64,000 nt of DNA, taken from NCBI GenBank assembly GCA_965213625.1, contig CBDBZU010000004.1, positions 3,904,001 to 3,968,000 of the forward strand, given 5' to 3'. How positions within the stretch are numbered: the stretch's first letter is position 1; each line of letters opens with the position of its first letter. Below are positions 19,312-32,261 of the stretch, piece after piece. The position numbers and the translations under genes are program-made. Source of the stretch: a bacterium. Lineage in GTDB: Bacteria; UBA8248. Under the pieces are notes generated by a model, which was not told the origin of the DNA, made no database searches, and saw only the letters and a program-made list of their open reading frames with translations.

Positions 19312-19944
19312 TTATTTGGAATACAGTTCCACAATCTGCTGCACGTTGATGTCAATCTGGGAGTCAACCAGACTTGGCGGCTCCAGGACGCGCGCCTGAA
19401 AATCAGCATGGTCCACATCGAGCCAGGCGGGAGCGCCGCGTACTTTCCCTTTTTCCGCGCTTTGCACGATAAACCCATTCTTCTTGCTTTTCTCTTTAAT
19501 CTCGACGACGTCGCCCTTGCGAACGACGAACGCCGGGCGATTCACCTTCCTGCCGTTCACCCGAATGTGGTTGTGAATCACCAGTTGACGCGCCTGATTG
19601 CGCGAATCCGCGAAACTGGCCCGGAACACGACGTTGTCGAGCCTGGATTCGAGCAGTGAAAACAGGTTGTCGCCGGTGACGCCCTTGCGCCGTACGGCTT
19701 CTTTGTAATAAAGCCGGAATTGCTTCTCCAGTACGCCGTACACCCGGCGCGCCTTTTGTTTCTCGCGAAGCTGCATCCCGTATTCGCTCAGCTTCCCCCG
19801 CGTACGCGCCGCGCCATGCTGCCCCGGCGGAAAGCTCCGTTTCTCGAAAGAGCATTTATCGCCGATGCAGCGATCACCCTTCAAGAAGAGCTTCATCCCC
19901 TCTCTTCGGCAAAGCCGACAAACCGAATCTTTGTATCGCGCCAA
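19312..19944 (-). CDS. rpsD: 30S ribosomal protein S4 (Cys/Zn form)
   Basis: [29 protein letters not shown]. Confidence 0.97.
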   Translation of the reverse strand: MARYKDSVCRLCRREGMKLFLKGDRCIGDKCSFEKRSFPPGQHGAARTRGKLSEYGMQLREKQKARRVYGVLEKQFRLYYKEAVRRKGVTGDNLFSLLESRLDNVVFRASFADSRNQARQLVIHNHIRVNGRKVNRPAFVVRKGDVVEIKEKSKKNGFIVQSAEKGKVRGAPAWLDVDHADFQARVLEPPSLVDSQIDINVQQIVELYSK

Positions 19945-19969
19945 AATTCAAACTCCCTCTTGCCTTGAC

Positions 19970-20371
19970 CTATACCCGACGCCGCTTGCGCGGACGACAA
20001 CCATTGTGGGGAATAGGCGTAACGTCACGAATGAGACTCACCTCGAGCCCCGCCGCGGCCAGCGAGCGAATTGCTGCCTCACGACCGGAACCGGGACCAC
20101 TCACGTATACTTCCACCGAAGTCACGCCCAGGTCCAACGCTTTTTTGGCGACATCCGCAGCAGCCATCTGCGCGGCGAAAGGCGTGCTTTTCCGAGAACC
20201 CTTGAAGCCTTGTCCACCGGCCGTCGACCAGCAAACCACGTTCCCGCCCGTGTCGGAAATCGAGATCATGGTGTTATTGAAGGTCGCCAATATGTGAGCC
20301 TGCCCCTTGCCGATGGCTCTTCGCTCACGACGGCGCTTTCCACCGCGTTTTCCTCTGCCCGCTTGCGCCAA
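19970..20371 (-). CDS. rpsK: 30S ribosomal protein S11
   Basis: [20 protein letters not shown]. Confidence 0.97.
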   Translation of the reverse strand: MAQAGRGKRGGKRRRERRAIGKGQAHILATFNNTMISISDTGGNVVCWSTAGGQGFKGSRKSTPFAAQMAAADVAKKALDLGVTSVEVYVSGPGSGREAAIRSLAAAGLEVSLIRDVTPIPHNGCRPRKRRRV

Positions 20372-20409
20372 TTGAAATCTCCTACCTGATGAGAGACGAA
20401 TTCAAAAAA

Positions 20410-20784
20410 TCAGTTGTCTTTTTTCTTTGCGCCCACCGTCTTGCGCGGTCCTTTGCGGGTTCGCGCGTTCGTGTGGGTTCTTTGCCCGCGTACGGGCAGT
20501 CCGCGACGGTGCCTGAGACCACGGTAGGTGCCGATGTCCATCAATCGCTTGATGTTCATGGTCACCCTGCTCCTCAAGTCGCCCTCCACCGCATAGCCGC
20601 GTTCGATAATCTCGCGCAAGGTCTGCACCTCGGCTTCGGTGAGGTCCTTCACCTTGGAGACGGCATTGATATTCGCTTCTTCCACTATCTTGTTCGCGGA
20701 AGTCCGCCCGATTCCAAAGATATACGTCAGAGCGATGTTGATGTTCTTTTCATTGGGAATATCCACTCCGGCAATACGGGCCAT
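20410..20784 (-). CDS. rpsM: 30S ribosomal protein S13
   Basis: [19 protein letters not shown]. Confidence 0.97.
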   Translation of the reverse strand: MARIAGVDIPNEKNINIALTYIFGIGRTSANKIVEEANINAVSKVKDLTEAEVQTLREIIERGYAVEGDLRSRVTMNIKRLMDIGTYRGLRHRRGLPVRGQRTHTNARTRKGPRKTVGAKKKDN

Positions 20785-20815
20785 ACGCGTTCTCCTTTAT
20801 TTCCCTGCCGCCGCT

Positions 20816-20929
20816 TCAGCCTTGTCGCTGCTTGTGCTTGGGGTTCGAGCACATGACGCGCACGACACCCTTGCGGCGGATGACCTTGCACTTGTCACAC
20901 ATCGGCTTGACGGAACTTCTCACTTTCAT
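20816..20929 (-). CDS. rpmJ: 50S ribosomal protein L36 (Zn-ribbon form)
   Basis: Hand translation [37 protein letters not shown]; too short for the ORF track. Confidence 0.95.
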   Translation of the reverse strand: MKVRSSVKPMCDKCKVIRRKGVVRVMCSNPKHKQRQG

Positions 20930-20958
20930 TTCCTGACTCCAAATCTCATTTGAGACAT

Positions 20959-21246
20959 CTACTTGTATCGACTCGTTATCCGCCCTCTGGTCAAATCGTA
21001 AGGGGATAGCTCTACCTTGACGTTGTCCCCCGGGAGAATCCGGATAAAGTGCATCCGCATTTTCCCAGAGATGTGGGCCAACACCTTGTGGCCGCCTTCG
21101 AGTTCAACGCGAAACATTGCGTTCGGCAGAGGCTCCACGACAATTCCATCCACCTCTATCACGCCTTCCTTTGGAGCCCTTTCCTCGCGCTCGGCCTGAT
21201 CGCGCTTTCTCTGCTTCCTGCTCCCCTGTCGGCGTGGTCTCCTCAT
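20959..21246 (-). CDS. infA: Translation initiation factor IF-1 with N-terminal extension
   Basis: [30 protein letters not shown]; ATG overlaps the map stop. Confidence 0.93.
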   Translation of the reverse strand: MRRPRRQGSRKQRKRDQAEREERAPKEGVIEVDGIVVEPLPNAMFRVELEGGHKVLAHISGKMRMHFIRILPGDNVKVELSPYDLTRGRITSRYK

Positions 21247-21995
21247 GCGGCCAAGCTCAAAATATCCGGGCCATCTTCGGTGATGGCGACGGAATGTTCA
21301 AAATGAGCGGAGAGTTTCTCGTCCGCCGTAACGACTGTCCATTCATCGCTTAAAACCTTCACGTCATGAACACCCATATTCAGCATCGGTTCAATCGCGA
21401 GAACCATTCCCGCCTTAAGCTCCGGCCCCGTGCCGGGTTCGCCGAAATTCGGAACCTGGGGTTCTTCGTGCAGATTCGTTCCGACCCCATGCCCCACATA
21501 GGCGCGCACCACCGAAAACCCGGCGCTTTCCGCGTGCTTTTGCACGGCGTGTGAAATATCAAACAACCGGTTACCCGGCTTTGCCTGCTCGATACCCTTG
21601 AAAAGAGACTCTTCACAGTATTTCAACAACTTTTTCGCTCCGGATTCAACATCGCCCACGGGGAAGGTGACCGCATGATCCCCGTAGTAGCCATATAATT
21701 TCGCCCCGACGTCCACGCTGACGATGTCCCCCTCATTGAGCTTCTTAGCGGAGGGCACTCCATGAACCACCTCTTCGTTGACCGAAGCGCATATCGTATG
21801 TTGATAGCCTCTGTATCCCTTAAAAGCGGGTATTGCACCCTGTTCGCGAATAATCCGTTCCGCCAAAATATCCAGTTCCAGTGTGGTCACGCCTGGCCGT
21901 ATCGCAGCTTTGAGTTCCGACATGACGCTCATCACTACCCGGTTGCTGGCCCGCAAACGCTCTATCTCTTTTCGCGAACGAAGGATGATAGCCAT
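21243..21995 (-). CDS. map: Methionine aminopeptidase type I
   Basis: [30 protein letters not shown]. Confidence 0.96.
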   Translation of the reverse strand: MAIILRSRKEIERLRASNRVVMSVMSELKAAIRPGVTTLELDILAERIIREQGAIPAFKGYRGYQHTICASVNEEVVHGVPSAKKLNEGDIVSVDVGAKLYGYYGDHAVTFPVGDVESGAKKLLKYCEESLFKGIEQAKPGNRLFDISHAVQKHAESAGFSVVRAYVGHGVGTNLHEEPQVPNFGEPGTGPELKAGMVLAIEPMLNMGVHDVKVLSDEWTVVTADEKLSAHFEHSVAITEDGPDILSLAA

Positions 21996-22624
21996 TAAGC
22001 AAGCACCTGGGCAATACCTTCCTCCACCCTCTGCGCGATGTCCTCAACGCTCCCCTCACCGTCGATTTCCGCGAGCTTTCCCTTGTCGCGGTAAAAAGCC
22101 ACCAACGGCTCGGTATGTTCCCGATACAGCCTCAGGCGACGTAGCACGGTGCTCGTCATGTCGTCCTCGCGCTGGTAGAGGTCTCCTCCACAAACGGTGC
22201 AAAGCGAGGTATCCATGATGGGAAAGACGGCGCCGCATTTCCTGCACGTGAGTCTACCCGCCAGCCGAGCCACCACGGCTTCGTTCGACACGTTGAAATA
22301 GATAACCACATCCACGCTGTCCGGCAAAACTTTCTCCAGAGCCTCGCCCTGTTCAATCGTTCTGGGAAAACCATCCAGGATAAATCCGCTCCCGCAGTCC
22401 GATCTGGAAATGCGCTCCTCGATCACCGAAATAATGAGGTCATCCGACACGAGACGACCCTGGTTGATGAGTCCCCCCACCTGCTTGCCGAGCGCCGTCT
22501 TCTCCGCCACCGCCTGGCGCAACATGTCTCCCGTCGAGATTTCGGGTATCCCGAGTTCATTCGAGAGTAGAATACCCTGGGTGCCTTTCCCCGACCCCGG
22601 GGGACCTAGAAGAATGATTTTCAC
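21995..22624 (-). CDS. adk: Adenylate kinase (Zn LID)
   Basis: GPPGSGKGTQ, STGDMLR, LDGFPRT; GTG start at 22624. Confidence 0.95.
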   Translation of the reverse strand: MKIILLGPPGSGKGTQGILLSNELGIPEISTGDMLRQAVAEKTALGKQVGGLINQGRLVSDDLIISVIEERISRSDCGSGFILDGFPRTIEQGEALEKVLPDSVDVVIYFNVSNEAVVARLAGRLTCRKCGAVFPIMDTSLCTVCGGDLYQREDDMTSTVLRRLRLYREHTEPLVAFYRDKGKLAEIDGEGSVEDIAQRVEEGIAQVLA

Positions 22625-22625
22625 G

Positions 22626-23944
<1,319 letters not shown>

Positions 23945-23948
<4 letters not shown>

Positions 23949-24457
23949 TCGCTTTTATCCTCCGGCTTCACGGCGAGGGCCACAATCTCCACGCTGCCGC
24001 CTGCGCTCTCGATTTTCTGGCGAGCAGATTCGCTGCATTTTTGAACCTTGAGATGAATCGCGCGATCCACTTCACCCACACCCAGGAGCTTTACGCCGTC
24101 TTTGGCCACGTTTCGGATCAGACCGGCGGCACACAGGGCATCGGCGTCGACGTTCGCGCCCTCCGCCAGTACGCCCAAGCGCCCGACGTTCAACTCAGAG
24201 AACTCTTTTCTAAAACGGTTGTTGAACCCGCGCTTCGGCAAGCGGCGCTGGAGCGGCATTTGTCCGCCCTCGAAACCCACCTTTCGGCTGTAGCCGGAAC
24301 GCGATTTCTGACCCTTGTGCCCGCGCGTCGAAGTCTTGCCCCTTCCGGAGCCCGTACCTCGGCCCACACGCCGCCGGGTCTTCACCGACCCGTCCGGGGA
24401 GGACAAATCGCCCAGGCCCGTAAATGTATTTTCTGGCTTTGCGTCGTTCTCGGACAT
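23945..24457 (-). CDS. rplO: 50S ribosomal protein L15
   Basis: GRGTGSG, GFEGGQMPL, RLPKRGF. Confidence 0.95.
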
Positions 24458-24471
24458 ATGAATCCGGGGAA

Positions 24472-24660
24472 CTAGGCCCCCTCCTCCACTTCTACGAGAT
24501 GCTTGATCTTGAATACCATGCCGCGAATGCACGCGTTGTCCGCCTTCACAACCGTCTGATTGATCCGCCTCAGACCCAACCCATGCAAAACGGCGCGCTG
24601 CTTCACGTTCGATCCGGACGTGCTCTTTCTCAGGGTGATTTTAATCTTATCTTGCGCCAT
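24472..24660 (-). CDS. rpmD: 50S ribosomal protein L30
   Basis: [14 protein letters not shown]; position in the spc operon. Confidence 0.93.
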   Translation of the reverse strand: MAQDKIKITLRKSTSGSNVKQRAVLHGLGLRRINQTVVKADNACIRGMVFKIKHLVEVEEGA

Positions 24661-24668
24661 CTTTTCCT

Positions 24669-25337
24669 CTATTCTTCTTTCGCGCCGTCATCTTCGGCAT
24701 CGCCGGCGTCACCGGCTTCGTCGGCTGCGCCATCGCTATCCACGGCAACTTCCGCCACGACCTCGGCTTCCACCGCCACAGCTTCGACATCCTCCGCCTC
24801 TGCGCCACCGGCAGCGTCTTCGGCCAAACCGATTCCCCGCAGCGCGAGAACCTCGTCCCTGTTGCGCAGAGAACTCAGGCCCTGCAGCGTCGCTTTGGCC
24901 GCGTTGTGCGGGTTGTTCGTGCCGATGCACTTCGTCAATATGTCGAGCACCCCGGCGACGTCCAGAACCGCGCGTACGGGGCCACCGGCGATGACGCCCG
25001 TTCCCCGCGCCGCCGGCTTGAGCAGCACACGGCCCGCGCCGTATTTACCCATCGTCTGGTGGGGAATGGTCTCATGTTCGAGGGCGACCTTCACCATCGA
25101 TTTGCGGGCTTTCTCCACACCCTTTCGGATGGCTTCGGGCACCTCGTTCGCCTTGCCCATCCCGATGCCGACCTGTCCCTTCCTGTCGCCGACAGTCACC
25201 AGGGCGCTGAAACTGAAGCGCCTGCCGCCCTTCACAACCTTGGCCACACGGTTCACATAGATGACCCGGTCGATGAATTCACGCTCTTCGGGATTCTCAG
25301 GCTCTCTGTCCCGGCCTCTTCTTCCGTCTCGCGCCAT
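24669..25337 (-). CDS. rpsE: 30S ribosomal protein S5
   Basis: [22 protein letters not shown]; acidic C-terminal tail. Confidence 0.96.
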   Translation of the reverse strand: MARDGRRGRDREPENPEEREFIDRVIYVNRVAKVVKGGRRFSFSALVTVGDRKGQVGIGMGKANEVPEAIRKGVEKARKSMVKVALEHETIPHQTMGKYGAGRVLLKPAARGTGVIAGGPVRAVLDVAGVLDILTKCIGTNNPHNAAKATLQGLSSLRNRDEVLALRGIGLAEDAAGGAEAEDVEAVAVEAEVVAEVAVDSDGAADEAGDAGDAEDDGAKEE

Positions 25338-25717
25338 CAGAAACTTACCCCCGTATCTCTCACGCTGTCGGCCAGCGCCTTCACGCGGCCATGATAGAGA
25401 TAGCCGTTGCGATCAAAAACCACTTTTTCCACGCCCTTGGCCTTCACGCGACCGGCCAGCAGTTTGCCGACGATAGTAGCGCCCGCCATGTTGCTCCCGA
25501 CCGCGTTTTCAACATCTTTCGCCTCGGTAGCGAAATCTTCCTCGCGCGAGGAAGCCGCAGCCAGGGTTTGACCCGAAACGTCATCTATCACCTGGGCGTA
25601 GATGTGTCCGCCACTCCTGAAAACCGTCAATCGAGGACGCTCGCTCGTTCCACGGCTCTTCTTGCGGATTCTCGTTTTTCGCTTGAGTCTTGCCTCGAGT
25701 TTACTCAGTCGACCCAC
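25337..25717 (-). CDS. rplR: 50S ribosomal protein L18
   Basis: [23 protein letters not shown]. Confidence 0.96.
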   Translation of the reverse strand: MGRLSKLEARLKRKTRIRKKSRGTSERPRLTVFRSGGHIYAQVIDDVSGQTLAAASSREEDFATEAKDVENAVGSNMAGATIVGKLLAGRVKAKGVEKVVFDRNGYLYHGRVKALADSVRDTGVSF

Positions 25718-25734
25718 TTCTCGAACCTCCTGCG

Positions 25735-26280
25735 CTACACGCCGGCCTTGCCGACCTTGCGGCGAACCGTCTCGCCCGCATAGCGAATGCCTTTACCTTT
25801 ATACGGCTCCGGGGGCTTCACCTTTCTAATTTCGGCGGCCACCCAGCCCACAATCTGCTTGTCGATGCCCTTCACCTTGATCGCCGTCCGGTTGCGGTCA
25901 CTCTGAACCTCGAAGGTAATGCCCTCGACCGGTTCGATGCTCACCGGATGCGAATATCCCACGTTCAGAACAACGCCCTTGCCCCTCTCCTCCACGCGGT
26001 ATCCCAGGCCGATAATCTCGAGTTCCTTCTCGAACCCTTTCGTCACGCCTTCGACCATGTTGGCGATCAGCGTGCGCGTGAGGCCGTGCAGCGATTTGTC
26101 CTGGCGCGATTCGCTGACGCGTGTGACGACGATGTTCCCGTCATCTATCGCCACCTTCGGCCTATGGTGCAACTCGCGCTCAAGTTCACCCAGTGGACCC
26201 TTGACGGAGATGTACCGCCCATCGAGCTTCACTTCCACGCCCGAGGGAATGGGAATCGGCATTTTTCCGATACGTGACAT
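25735..26280 (-). CDS. rplF: 50S ribosomal protein L6
   Basis: MSRIGK, PEPYKGKGIRY. Confidence 0.97.
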   Translation of the reverse strand: MSRIGKMPIPIPSGVEVKLDGRYISVKGPLGELERELHHRPKVAIDDGNIVVTRVSESRQDKSLHGLTRTLIANMVEGVTKGFEKELEIIGLGYRVEERGKGVVLNVGYSHPVSIEPVEGITFEVQSDRNRTAIKVKGIDKQIVGWVAAEIRKVKPPEPYKGKGIRYAGETVRRKVGKAGV

Positions 26281-26290
26281 TCAAACCACC

Positions 26291-26692
26291 TCACCAAATT
26301 TCACAAAGAACTTCACCGCCAACACCCAGATTCCTCGCTTCATCATCCGTCACCACGCCTCTCGACGTCGTGAGAATGGCGATTCCCATGCCGTTGAGCA
26401 CCTTGGGAACCGACTCCTTGTTCACGTACACGCGGAGTCCGGGCTTGCTGACGCGCTTGAGTCCGCTCAACACCAGCTTGCCGTCCTGGGGCGGTTTGAG
26501 TTCCACCTTGATCCGGGTCTGCCCCGTCGGCCCGGGCTCGATATCGTATCCTTTAATGTAGCCCTGGGATTTCAGAATTCCGACGACACTCGCCTTAAGC
26601 GCGCTGCCCGGAATCACGACATCTTCATGACCCGCGCGCACCGCATTGCGAATGCGCGTCAGAAGATCTGCAATGGGATCCGTCATGCTCAT
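26291..26692 (-). CDS. rpsH: 30S ribosomal protein S8
   Basis: DPIADLLTRIRN, SKPGLRVY, GGEVLC. Confidence 0.97.
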   Translation of the reverse strand: MSMTDPIADLLTRIRNAVRAGHEDVVIPGSALKASVVGILKSQGYIKGYDIEPGPTGQTRIKVELKPPQDGKLVLSGLKRVSKPGLRVYVNKESVPKVLNGMGIAILTTSRGVVTDDEARNLGVGGEVLCEIW

Positions 26693-26708
26693 ATTCTTTG
26701 TTCTCCGG

Positions 26709-26894
26709 CTACCAACTCGACTTCGTGACTCCCGGAATCTCGCCCTTGAGCGACAATTCGCGGAAGCAAATTCGACATATCTTGAAACGTCTCAGATAGC
26801 CTCTTGGCCGCCCGCAACGCTGGCAGCGGTTATACGCCCGCACGCCAAACTTGGGCGCCTTCTTCTGTTTTGCAATCAAGCATTTTTTCGCCAC
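26709..26894 (-). CDS. rpsZ: 30S ribosomal protein S14 type Z
   Basis: RCQRCGR..ICRICFR, 61 aa. Confidence 0.95.
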   Translation of the reverse strand: MAKKCLIAKQKKAPKFGVRAYNRCQRCGRPRGYLRRFKICRICFRELSLKGEIPGVTKSSW

Positions 26895-26905
26895 TGTATT
26901 TCCTC

Positions 26906-27457
26906 TTAATTCACACGGAAGGGAACGCCCAACTCGCGAAGCAGCGCCATACCCTCCTCGTCCGTGTTCGCCGACGTATTCAGGACCACCCCGATGCCCC
27001 GGGACCTCTCCACCTTGTCGATATCGATTTCGGGGAAAATGACCTGCTCGCGAATTCCGAGGCTGTAGTTCCCGCGCCCGTCAAAGGCCTTTGGACTCAG
27101 ACCCCTGAAATCGCGCACGCGGGGAAGCGCCACGTTCACCAGTCGATCCACGAATTCCCACATCCGAACGCCGCGAAGCGTCACCATCGCCCCGATGGGC
27201 ATTCCCTCGCGCAGTTTGAAATTCGCGATGGACTTCCTCGCGCGGGTGATGACGGGCTTCTGTCCCGCAATGTTCGTCAATTCGGCCACTCCATTTTCAA
27301 GAGTCGCCGCATTCTGAACGGCTTCTCCAAGTCCCATATTCAACGTGACTTTCAGAAGCCGTGGAATCTGCATGACGTTGACGTATTCAAACTCCTTGCG
27401 GAGTTTTTCCGTGATCTCCTCACGATAAAGCTGCAACATTCTGGGTACGTACGCCAT
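26906..27457 (-). CDS. rplE: 50S ribosomal protein L5
   Basis: [23 protein letters not shown]. Confidence 0.97.
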   Translation of the reverse strand: MAYVPRMLQLYREEITEKLRKEFEYVNVMQIPRLLKVTLNMGLGEAVQNAATLENGVAELTNIAGQKPVITRARKSIANFKLREGMPIGAMVTLRGVRMWEFVDRLVNVALPRVRDFRGLSPKAFDGRGNYSLGIREQVIFPEIDIDKVERSRGIGVVLNTSANTDEEGMALLRELGVPFRVN

Positions 27458-27478
27458 TTCGATGAAAATCCTTATCTT

Positions 27479-27817
27479 CTAAACCGTATCGAGCAATTCG
27501 CCGCTGTGGTGCGTCACGCGCACATGCGCGCCGTCTTCAAGCTGTTTTCTACGAATCCGCGATGGCTGGTTGGTCTTCGGGTCTACGGGCATGACGTTGG
27601 AAATATGGATCTTGCCCTCCCGCTCCAGGATGCCTCCTTGCTGCTGCCCTTGGCTGGGCTTCGTGTGACGCTTTACGATGTTCACCTTTTCGACGATCAC
27701 GCGGTTTTCATCCTTGAGTACCTGAAGCACCTTGCCGGTCTTTCCCTTTTCGCGGCCGGCGATCACCTGAACGATGTCGCCTTTTTTTATATGCGTTTTC
27801 CTTGAATTCGAACCCAT
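27479..27817 (-). CDS. rplX: 50S ribosomal protein L24
   Basis: [15 protein letters not shown] motif, IHISNV. Confidence 0.95.
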   Translation of the reverse strand: MGSNSRKTHIKKGDIVQVIAGREKGKTGKVLQVLKDENRVIVEKVNIVKRHTKPSQGQQQGGILEREGKIHISNVMPVDPKTNQPSRIRRKQLEDGAHVRVTHHSGELLDTV

Positions 27818-27825
27818 CTCGTTCC

Positions 27826-28194
27826 TCACAAAACCTCAGGCGCGAGCGAAACGATGCGCATGAACCGCTTGCGCCTCAACTCGCGGGCCACGGGACCGAA
27901 AATGCGCGTCCCCATCGGTTCGCGCGCATCATTGATAATGACGATGGCATTGTCGTCGAAACGAATGTAGGTGCCGTCCTCTCGTCCGGTCTCCTTGACG
28001 GTCCGAACGACGACGGCACGCCTGACTTCCCCTTTTTTCACGGGACTGTTCGGCACGGCTTCCTTGATCGCCACGACGATGATGTCGCCGATTCGCGCAT
28101 AACGCCGGCGCGAGCCACCCAACACCTTGATGCACTGGGCGCGCTTCGCCCCCGAATTGTCCGCCACGCTGCACATTGTTTCGACCTGAATCAT
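27826..28194 (-). CDS. rplN: 50S ribosomal protein L14
   Basis: [27 protein letters not shown]. Confidence 0.97.
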   Translation of the reverse strand: MIQVETMCSVADNSGAKRAQCIKVLGGSRRRYARIGDIIVVAIKEAVPNSPVKKGEVRRAVVVRTVKETGREDGTYIRFDDNAIVIINDAREPMGTRIFGPVARELRRKRFMRIVSLAPEVL

Positions 28195-28206
28195 TTTCCC
28201 CGTTCC

Positions 28207-28467
28207 CTACTTGCTTCGTTCAATAACATCCAGAAGACGCCAGCGCTTCCTCCGGCTGAGCGGCCTGGTTTCGATAATGCGCACCCTGTCTCCCGTATTG
28301 AGTGAGTTCTCCTCGTCATGGACCAGATATTTCTTTCTCCTGCGCACGACGCGCTTGAAGGTCGTATGCTTGAACATACGCACCACCTCGACGGTGGCGG
28401 TCTTGTCCATCACGTCGCTTACGACCCTTCCTTCCCGAACCTTCCGTCTGCCTCGAACCTCACTCAT
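28207..28467 (-). CDS. rpsQ: 30S ribosomal protein S17
   Basis: GRVVSDVMDKT, ETRPLS. Confidence 0.96.
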   Translation of the reverse strand: MSEVRGRRKVREGRVVSDVMDKTATVEVVRMFKHTTFKRVVRRRKKYLVHDEENSLNTGDRVRIIETRPLSRRKRWRLLDVIERSK

Positions 28468-28689
28468 CTACGATCCCTCTCCCTCAGCGCCTGTGGCCTG
28501 TGCGCTTTCACGCTCACGCTTTGAAGTCATTACCCGCGCCAGATCCCGTTTCAACACTCCGATGCGCGCCGTGTTGTCCAACTGGCCCGTCGCCTTGCGA
28601 AATCGCAGGTTGAACAACTCCTGGCGCAATTCCTTCTCCTTGAATCCGAGTTCATCATCGCTCAGTTCGAGGACCTCGCTGTATTTCAC
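28468..28689 (-). CDS. rpmC: 50S ribosomal protein L29
   Basis: ELFNLRF..ATGQL. Confidence 0.94.
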   Translation of the reverse strand: MKYSEVLELSDDELGFKEKELRQELFNLRFRKATGQLDNTARIGVLKRDLARVMTSKRERESAQATGAEGEGS

Positions 28690-28702
28690 GCCATCATCCC
28701 CC

Positions 28703-29110
28703 TCAGGAAGAGGTCACAATCCTGGTTTTACACGGCAGCTTCTGGGCGGCCAGACGAAGCGCCTCGCGAGCGATGTCATCGGCGACGCCGTCCATCTCGT
28801 AGAGAATCTTGCCCGCACGCACGGGCGCCACCCAATATTCGGGCGCCCCCTTTCCCTTGCCCATACGAACCTCGGCCGGCTTTTTGCACATGGGCTTATC
28901 GGGGAAGAGGCGAATCCATATCCGTCCGCCGCGCTTGACGTGACGGGTCATGGCGATACGGGCGGCCTCGATCTGGCGCGCCGTAATGTGCGCCGTCTCC
29001 AGAGTCTGAAGCCCGTAGGAGCCGAACGAGAGCGTCGAGCCGCGCTGGGCCTTGCCGGCCAGACGACCCTTCTGCGTCTTTCTGAACTTCGTTCTTTTCG
29101 GTTGCAGCAT
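28703..29110 (-). CDS. rplP: 50S ribosomal protein L16
   Basis: [18 protein letters not shown]. Confidence 0.97.
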   Translation of the reverse strand: MLQPKRTKFRKTQKGRLAGKAQRGSTLSFGSYGLQTLETAHITARQIEAARIAMTRHVKRGGRIWIRLFPDKPMCKKPAEVRMGKGKGAPEYWVAPVRAGKILYEMDGVADDIAREALRLAAQKLPCKTRIVTSS

Positions 29111-29130
29111 GTCTCGCTCCTAAGCGCCTG

Positions 29131-29793
29131 TTACGTACCCAGCGTCTGAGAAGGCGTTCTTCTCGCTTGCCGGATCATCTCGCCTCTGAATATCCAGACC
29201 TTAACCCCGATGATTCCGTATGTCGTCTTACCTTCGGCGAATCCATAGTCGATGTCCGCGCGCAGGGTTTGGAGCGGAACGCGGCCCTCCCGGTACCACT
29301 CGGTTCGCGCAATCTCGGCGCCCCCGAGCCTGCCGGAGCACTGAATCTTCACGCCCTTGGCGCCGAAGCGAAGGGCCGAGGTCACCGCTTTTTTCATCGC
29401 GCGTCGAAAGGCGATCCGGCGCTCGAGCTGCATGGCGATGTTCTCCGCCACGAGTTGGGCGTCCATTTCGGCCTTGCGCACTTCCTTTATGTTCACGTTC
29501 ACCTGGTTGCCGGTAAGCTCCTGAAGGTCCGCCTTCAGTCTGTCGACCTCTGCGCCGCGCTTTCCGATGATAATGCCCGGCCGGGCCGTCCAGATGTTGA
29601 TGCGCGCACGCTCGCTGGCGCGCTCTATCTCCACGTTGCTCACACCTGCGTGTGAGAGGCGTTCCTTCACGTACTTGCGGATGCGCAGATCGTCCAGAAG
29701 CAGGTCGCCGAAATTATGCTTGGCGAACCAGTGCGAGTTCCAGCCTCTGGTGATGCCGACCCGAAAACCGATGGGGTGAACTTTTTGACCCAT
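29131..29793 (-). CDS. rpsC: 30S ribosomal protein S3
   Basis: [33 protein letters not shown]. Confidence 0.97.
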   Translation of the reverse strand: MGQKVHPIGFRVGITRGWNSHWFAKHNFGDLLLDDLRIRKYVKERLSHAGVSNVEIERASERARINIWTARPGIIIGKRGAEVDRLKADLQELTGNQVNVNIKEVRKAEMDAQLVAENIAMQLERRIAFRRAMKKAVTSALRFGAKGVKIQCSGRLGGAEIARTEWYREGRVPLQTLRADIDYGFAEGKTTYGIIGVKVWIFRGEMIRQARRTPSQTLGT

Positions 29794-29803
29794 TTGTATC
29801 CCC

Positions 29804-30139
29804 CTAATTCGCTTCGCCGATATCCACGCGAATGTGGCAACTTCTGTGTTTGACACGGCCGATGCGCCCACGCGCGCGCGCCCGGAACCGCTTGAGCGTC
29901 GGCCCGTCGTCGACGCGAACGCTTTTCACGATAAGACCTTCGGGATCGTCGTGCTCACCCCTGTCGGTAGCGTTCGCAAGCGCAGAAAGCAACACCTTCT
30001 CCACCACCTTGGCCGATGAGCGTGTGGACAGGCGCAAAAGGTTGAGGGCGTCCGCCACCCGCTTGCCGCGGATCATATCCGCTATCTGGCGCGTCTTGCG
30101 CGGCTTGGCTCGGTAATACTTCAAAATCGCCTTGGACAT
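29804..30139 (-). CDS. rplV: 50S ribosomal protein L22
   Basis: [19 protein letters not shown]. Confidence 0.95.
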   Translation of the reverse strand: MSKAILKYYRAKPRKTRQIADMIRGKRVADALNLLRLSTRSSAKVVEKVLLSALANATDRGEHDDPEGLIVKSVRVDDGPTLKRFRARARGRIGRVKHRSCHIRVDIGEAN

Positions 30140-30176
30140 GTCATTCCCTTACCTGTTTTGCCTTATCCACAAAAAC

Positions 30177-30461
30177 CTATTTCAGCGTAACCTGCCGCTT
30201 CGTCATTCCCGAGTGAGAGCGGAACGTGCGGGTAGGGGAAAAATCCCCTAGTTTGAAGCCCACCATGTTCTCCGTCACATATACGGGTATGAATTTCTTG
30301 CCGTTGTGCACGGCGAACGTATGACCGACAAAATCAGGGATGATGGTGGATCGCCTCGACCAGGTCCTGATCATCCGCTTCTCGCCGCTCTCGTCCATCA
30401 CCTCCACCTTCTTTCGAAGATGAGCGTCTATGAATGGCCCCTTATGAAGAGAACGTGGCAT
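30177..30461 (-). CDS. rpsS: 30S ribosomal protein S19
   Basis: [18 protein letters not shown]. Confidence 0.97.
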   Translation of the reverse strand: MPRSLHKGPFIDAHLRKKVEVMDESGEKRMIRTWSRRSTIIPDFVGHTFAVHNGKKFIPVYVTENMVGFKLGDFSPTRTFRSHSGMTKRQVTLK

Positions 30462-30487
30462 CGCTATCCAATCTCCCTCGAAACCGG

Positions 30488-31318
30488 CTACCTGGATTTC
30501 CTTCGCCGCACGATAAATTTAGAAGAAGGCTTATCCTTCTTGCGCGTTTTGTATCCTTTGGTCGGCTTGCCCCACGGGGTCACCGGGTGCCTGCCTCCCG
30601 AACTCTTGCCCTCGCCACCGCCCAATGGGTGATCAACCGGGTTCATGGCCACACCGCGGACGTTGGGACGACGGCCCAGCCAGCGCTTGCGACCCGCCTT
30701 GCCGAGGCTCACGTTACTGTGGTCGGAATTCCCCACCTCGCCTATCGTCGCGTAGCACGTCAGGTGAATCATGCGGACCTCGCCGGAGGAGAGTCTGAAC
30801 TGCGCATAATCGCCTTCCTTCGCCATGAGCTGGGCGCTCACGCCCGCGCTTCGGGCGATTTGTCCGCCGCGCCCGGGCTTCATCTCAATGTTGTGGCACG
30901 TCGTACCCAGCGGAATCCGCTCAACTGGCAGCGCGTTGCCGATCCGAATCTCCGCGTCCGGTCCGGAACTGACGGTCGCGCCCACTTCCAGGCCGTCGGG
31001 CGCGATAATATAGCGCTTCTCCCCGTCCAGATAGACGATGAGCGCCAACCGCGCGGAGCGATTCGGGTCATATTCAATCGAGCGTACTTTACCGGGGACG
31101 CCGGTTTTCTCGCGCCGGAAATCCACCACCCGGTAGCGGCGCTTGTGGCCCCCGCCCCTTTGATAGGTGGTGATGCGGCCCCGGTTGTTTCGTCCGCCGG
31201 ATTTCGACATACCCTTTGTCAGGGACTTCTCGGGCCGATCCGTCGTAATTTCATCCCGCAGAAGAACGTCCTGGAATCTCCGCCCCGGGGAAGTCGGCTT
31301 GTATTTTTTTACCGGCAT
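30488..31318 (-). CDS. rplB: 50S ribosomal protein L2
   Basis: [19 protein letters not shown]. Confidence 0.98.
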   Translation of the reverse strand: MPVKKYKPTSPGRRFQDVLLRDEITTDRPEKSLTKGMSKSGGRNNRGRITTYQRGGGHKRRYRVVDFRREKTGVPGKVRSIEYDPNRSARLALIVYLDGEKRYIIAPDGLEVGATVSSGPDAEIRIGNALPVERIPLGTTCHNIEMKPGRGGQIARSAGVSAQLMAKEGDYAQFRLSSGEVRMIHLTCYATIGEVGNSDHSNVSLGKAGRKRWLGRRPNVRGVAMNPVDHPLGGGEGKSSGGRHPVTPWGKPTKGYKTRKKDKPSSKFIVRRRKSR

Positions 31319-31335
31319 AGCACTCGCCTCAAAAA

Positions 31336-31623
31336 CTATGTTGATTCAAAAAACTCGATCGTGTCGCCTTCGCGCAGCGTCACAATCGCTTTTTTCCAAG
31401 CGGGTTTCGTGCCCTGAAAGCGGCCCATGCGAACCTTCTTTCCGGGCACCCGCATCGTGTTCACGTTAAGCACCGTGACGCCGAACAGCTCTTGTACCGC
31501 CTTTTTTATCTCTATCTTGTTCGCTTCAATGGCAACTTCGAAGACGACCTTGTTCGCCTCCTCGCTGCTCGCGATACTTTTTTCCGTCACGCAGGGTCTG
31601 CGAATGATGAATGTACTCTCCAT
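31336..31623 (-). CDS. rplW: 50S ribosomal protein L23
   Basis: [15 protein letters not shown]. Confidence 0.96.
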   Translation of the reverse strand: MESTFIIRRPCVTEKSIASSEEANKVVFEVAIEANKIEIKKAVQELFGVTVLNVNTMRVPGKKVRMGRFQGTKPAWKKAIVTLREGDTIEFFEST

Positions 31624-31626
31624 GAC

Positions 31627-32253
31627 CTAGCCCGCCAATCTTTCCGAGATGCCGTTTAGCGCGCCCTTGGTGCAAACGAGGTGCTCGTGGCCCATGATGT
31701 CGTATACGTTCAGGCCTTCGGGTTTCATCGGCTTGGCGCCCTTGATGTTTCTCGTCGCCAACTCAAAATTCCGCTCACCCCCGTCATCCACAATCAATGC
31801 CTTGCGCCCGAGTTTCAGGTTCTCGATGACTTCCACCATGAGGCGTGTCTTGGGCTCGGGCAGATTGAAATCGCGCACGATGAGCAGTTTTCCCTCTTTC
31901 AATTTCAGGTTAAGAGCGCTCCTGAGCGCGCTGCTTTTCATCTTCTTGTTCATTTTCTGGCTGTAATCGCGCGGCTTGGGGCCGAAAGTGGTCCCACCGC
32001 TGCGCCATATCGGAGACTTGACGTCACCCGCCCGTGCGCGTCCCCCGCCCTTTTGCTTGAAGGGCTTCGCGCCCGTGCCGTGCACTTCCTTGCGCGTCAG
32101 CGTCGAATGCGTGCCCGCGCGCCGCGCCGCGAGTTGCGCTTTCACCATCTGGTGGATCAGGTGCATCTTCACCTGCCCGTCAAAAACGGACTCGGGCAGA
32201 TCCATCTGCTCCACTACCTGTCCTTCGAGGTCATACACATCAATCTGAGGCAT
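31627..32253 (-). CDS. rplD: 50S ribosomal protein L4
   Basis: KPFKQKGGGRARAG, GGTTFGPKPRDY. Confidence 0.96.
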   Translation of the reverse strand: MPQIDVYDLEGQVVEQMDLPESVFDGQVKMHLIHQMVKAQLAARRAGTHSTLTRKEVHGTGAKPFKQKGGGRARAGDVKSPIWRSGGTTFGPKPRDYSQKMNKKMKSSALRSALNLKLKEGKLLIVRDFNLPEPKTRLMVEVIENLKLGRKALIVDDGGERNFELATRNIKGAKPMKPEGLNVYDIMGHEHLVCTKGALNGISERLAG

Positions 32254-32261
32254 CTCGCTCC

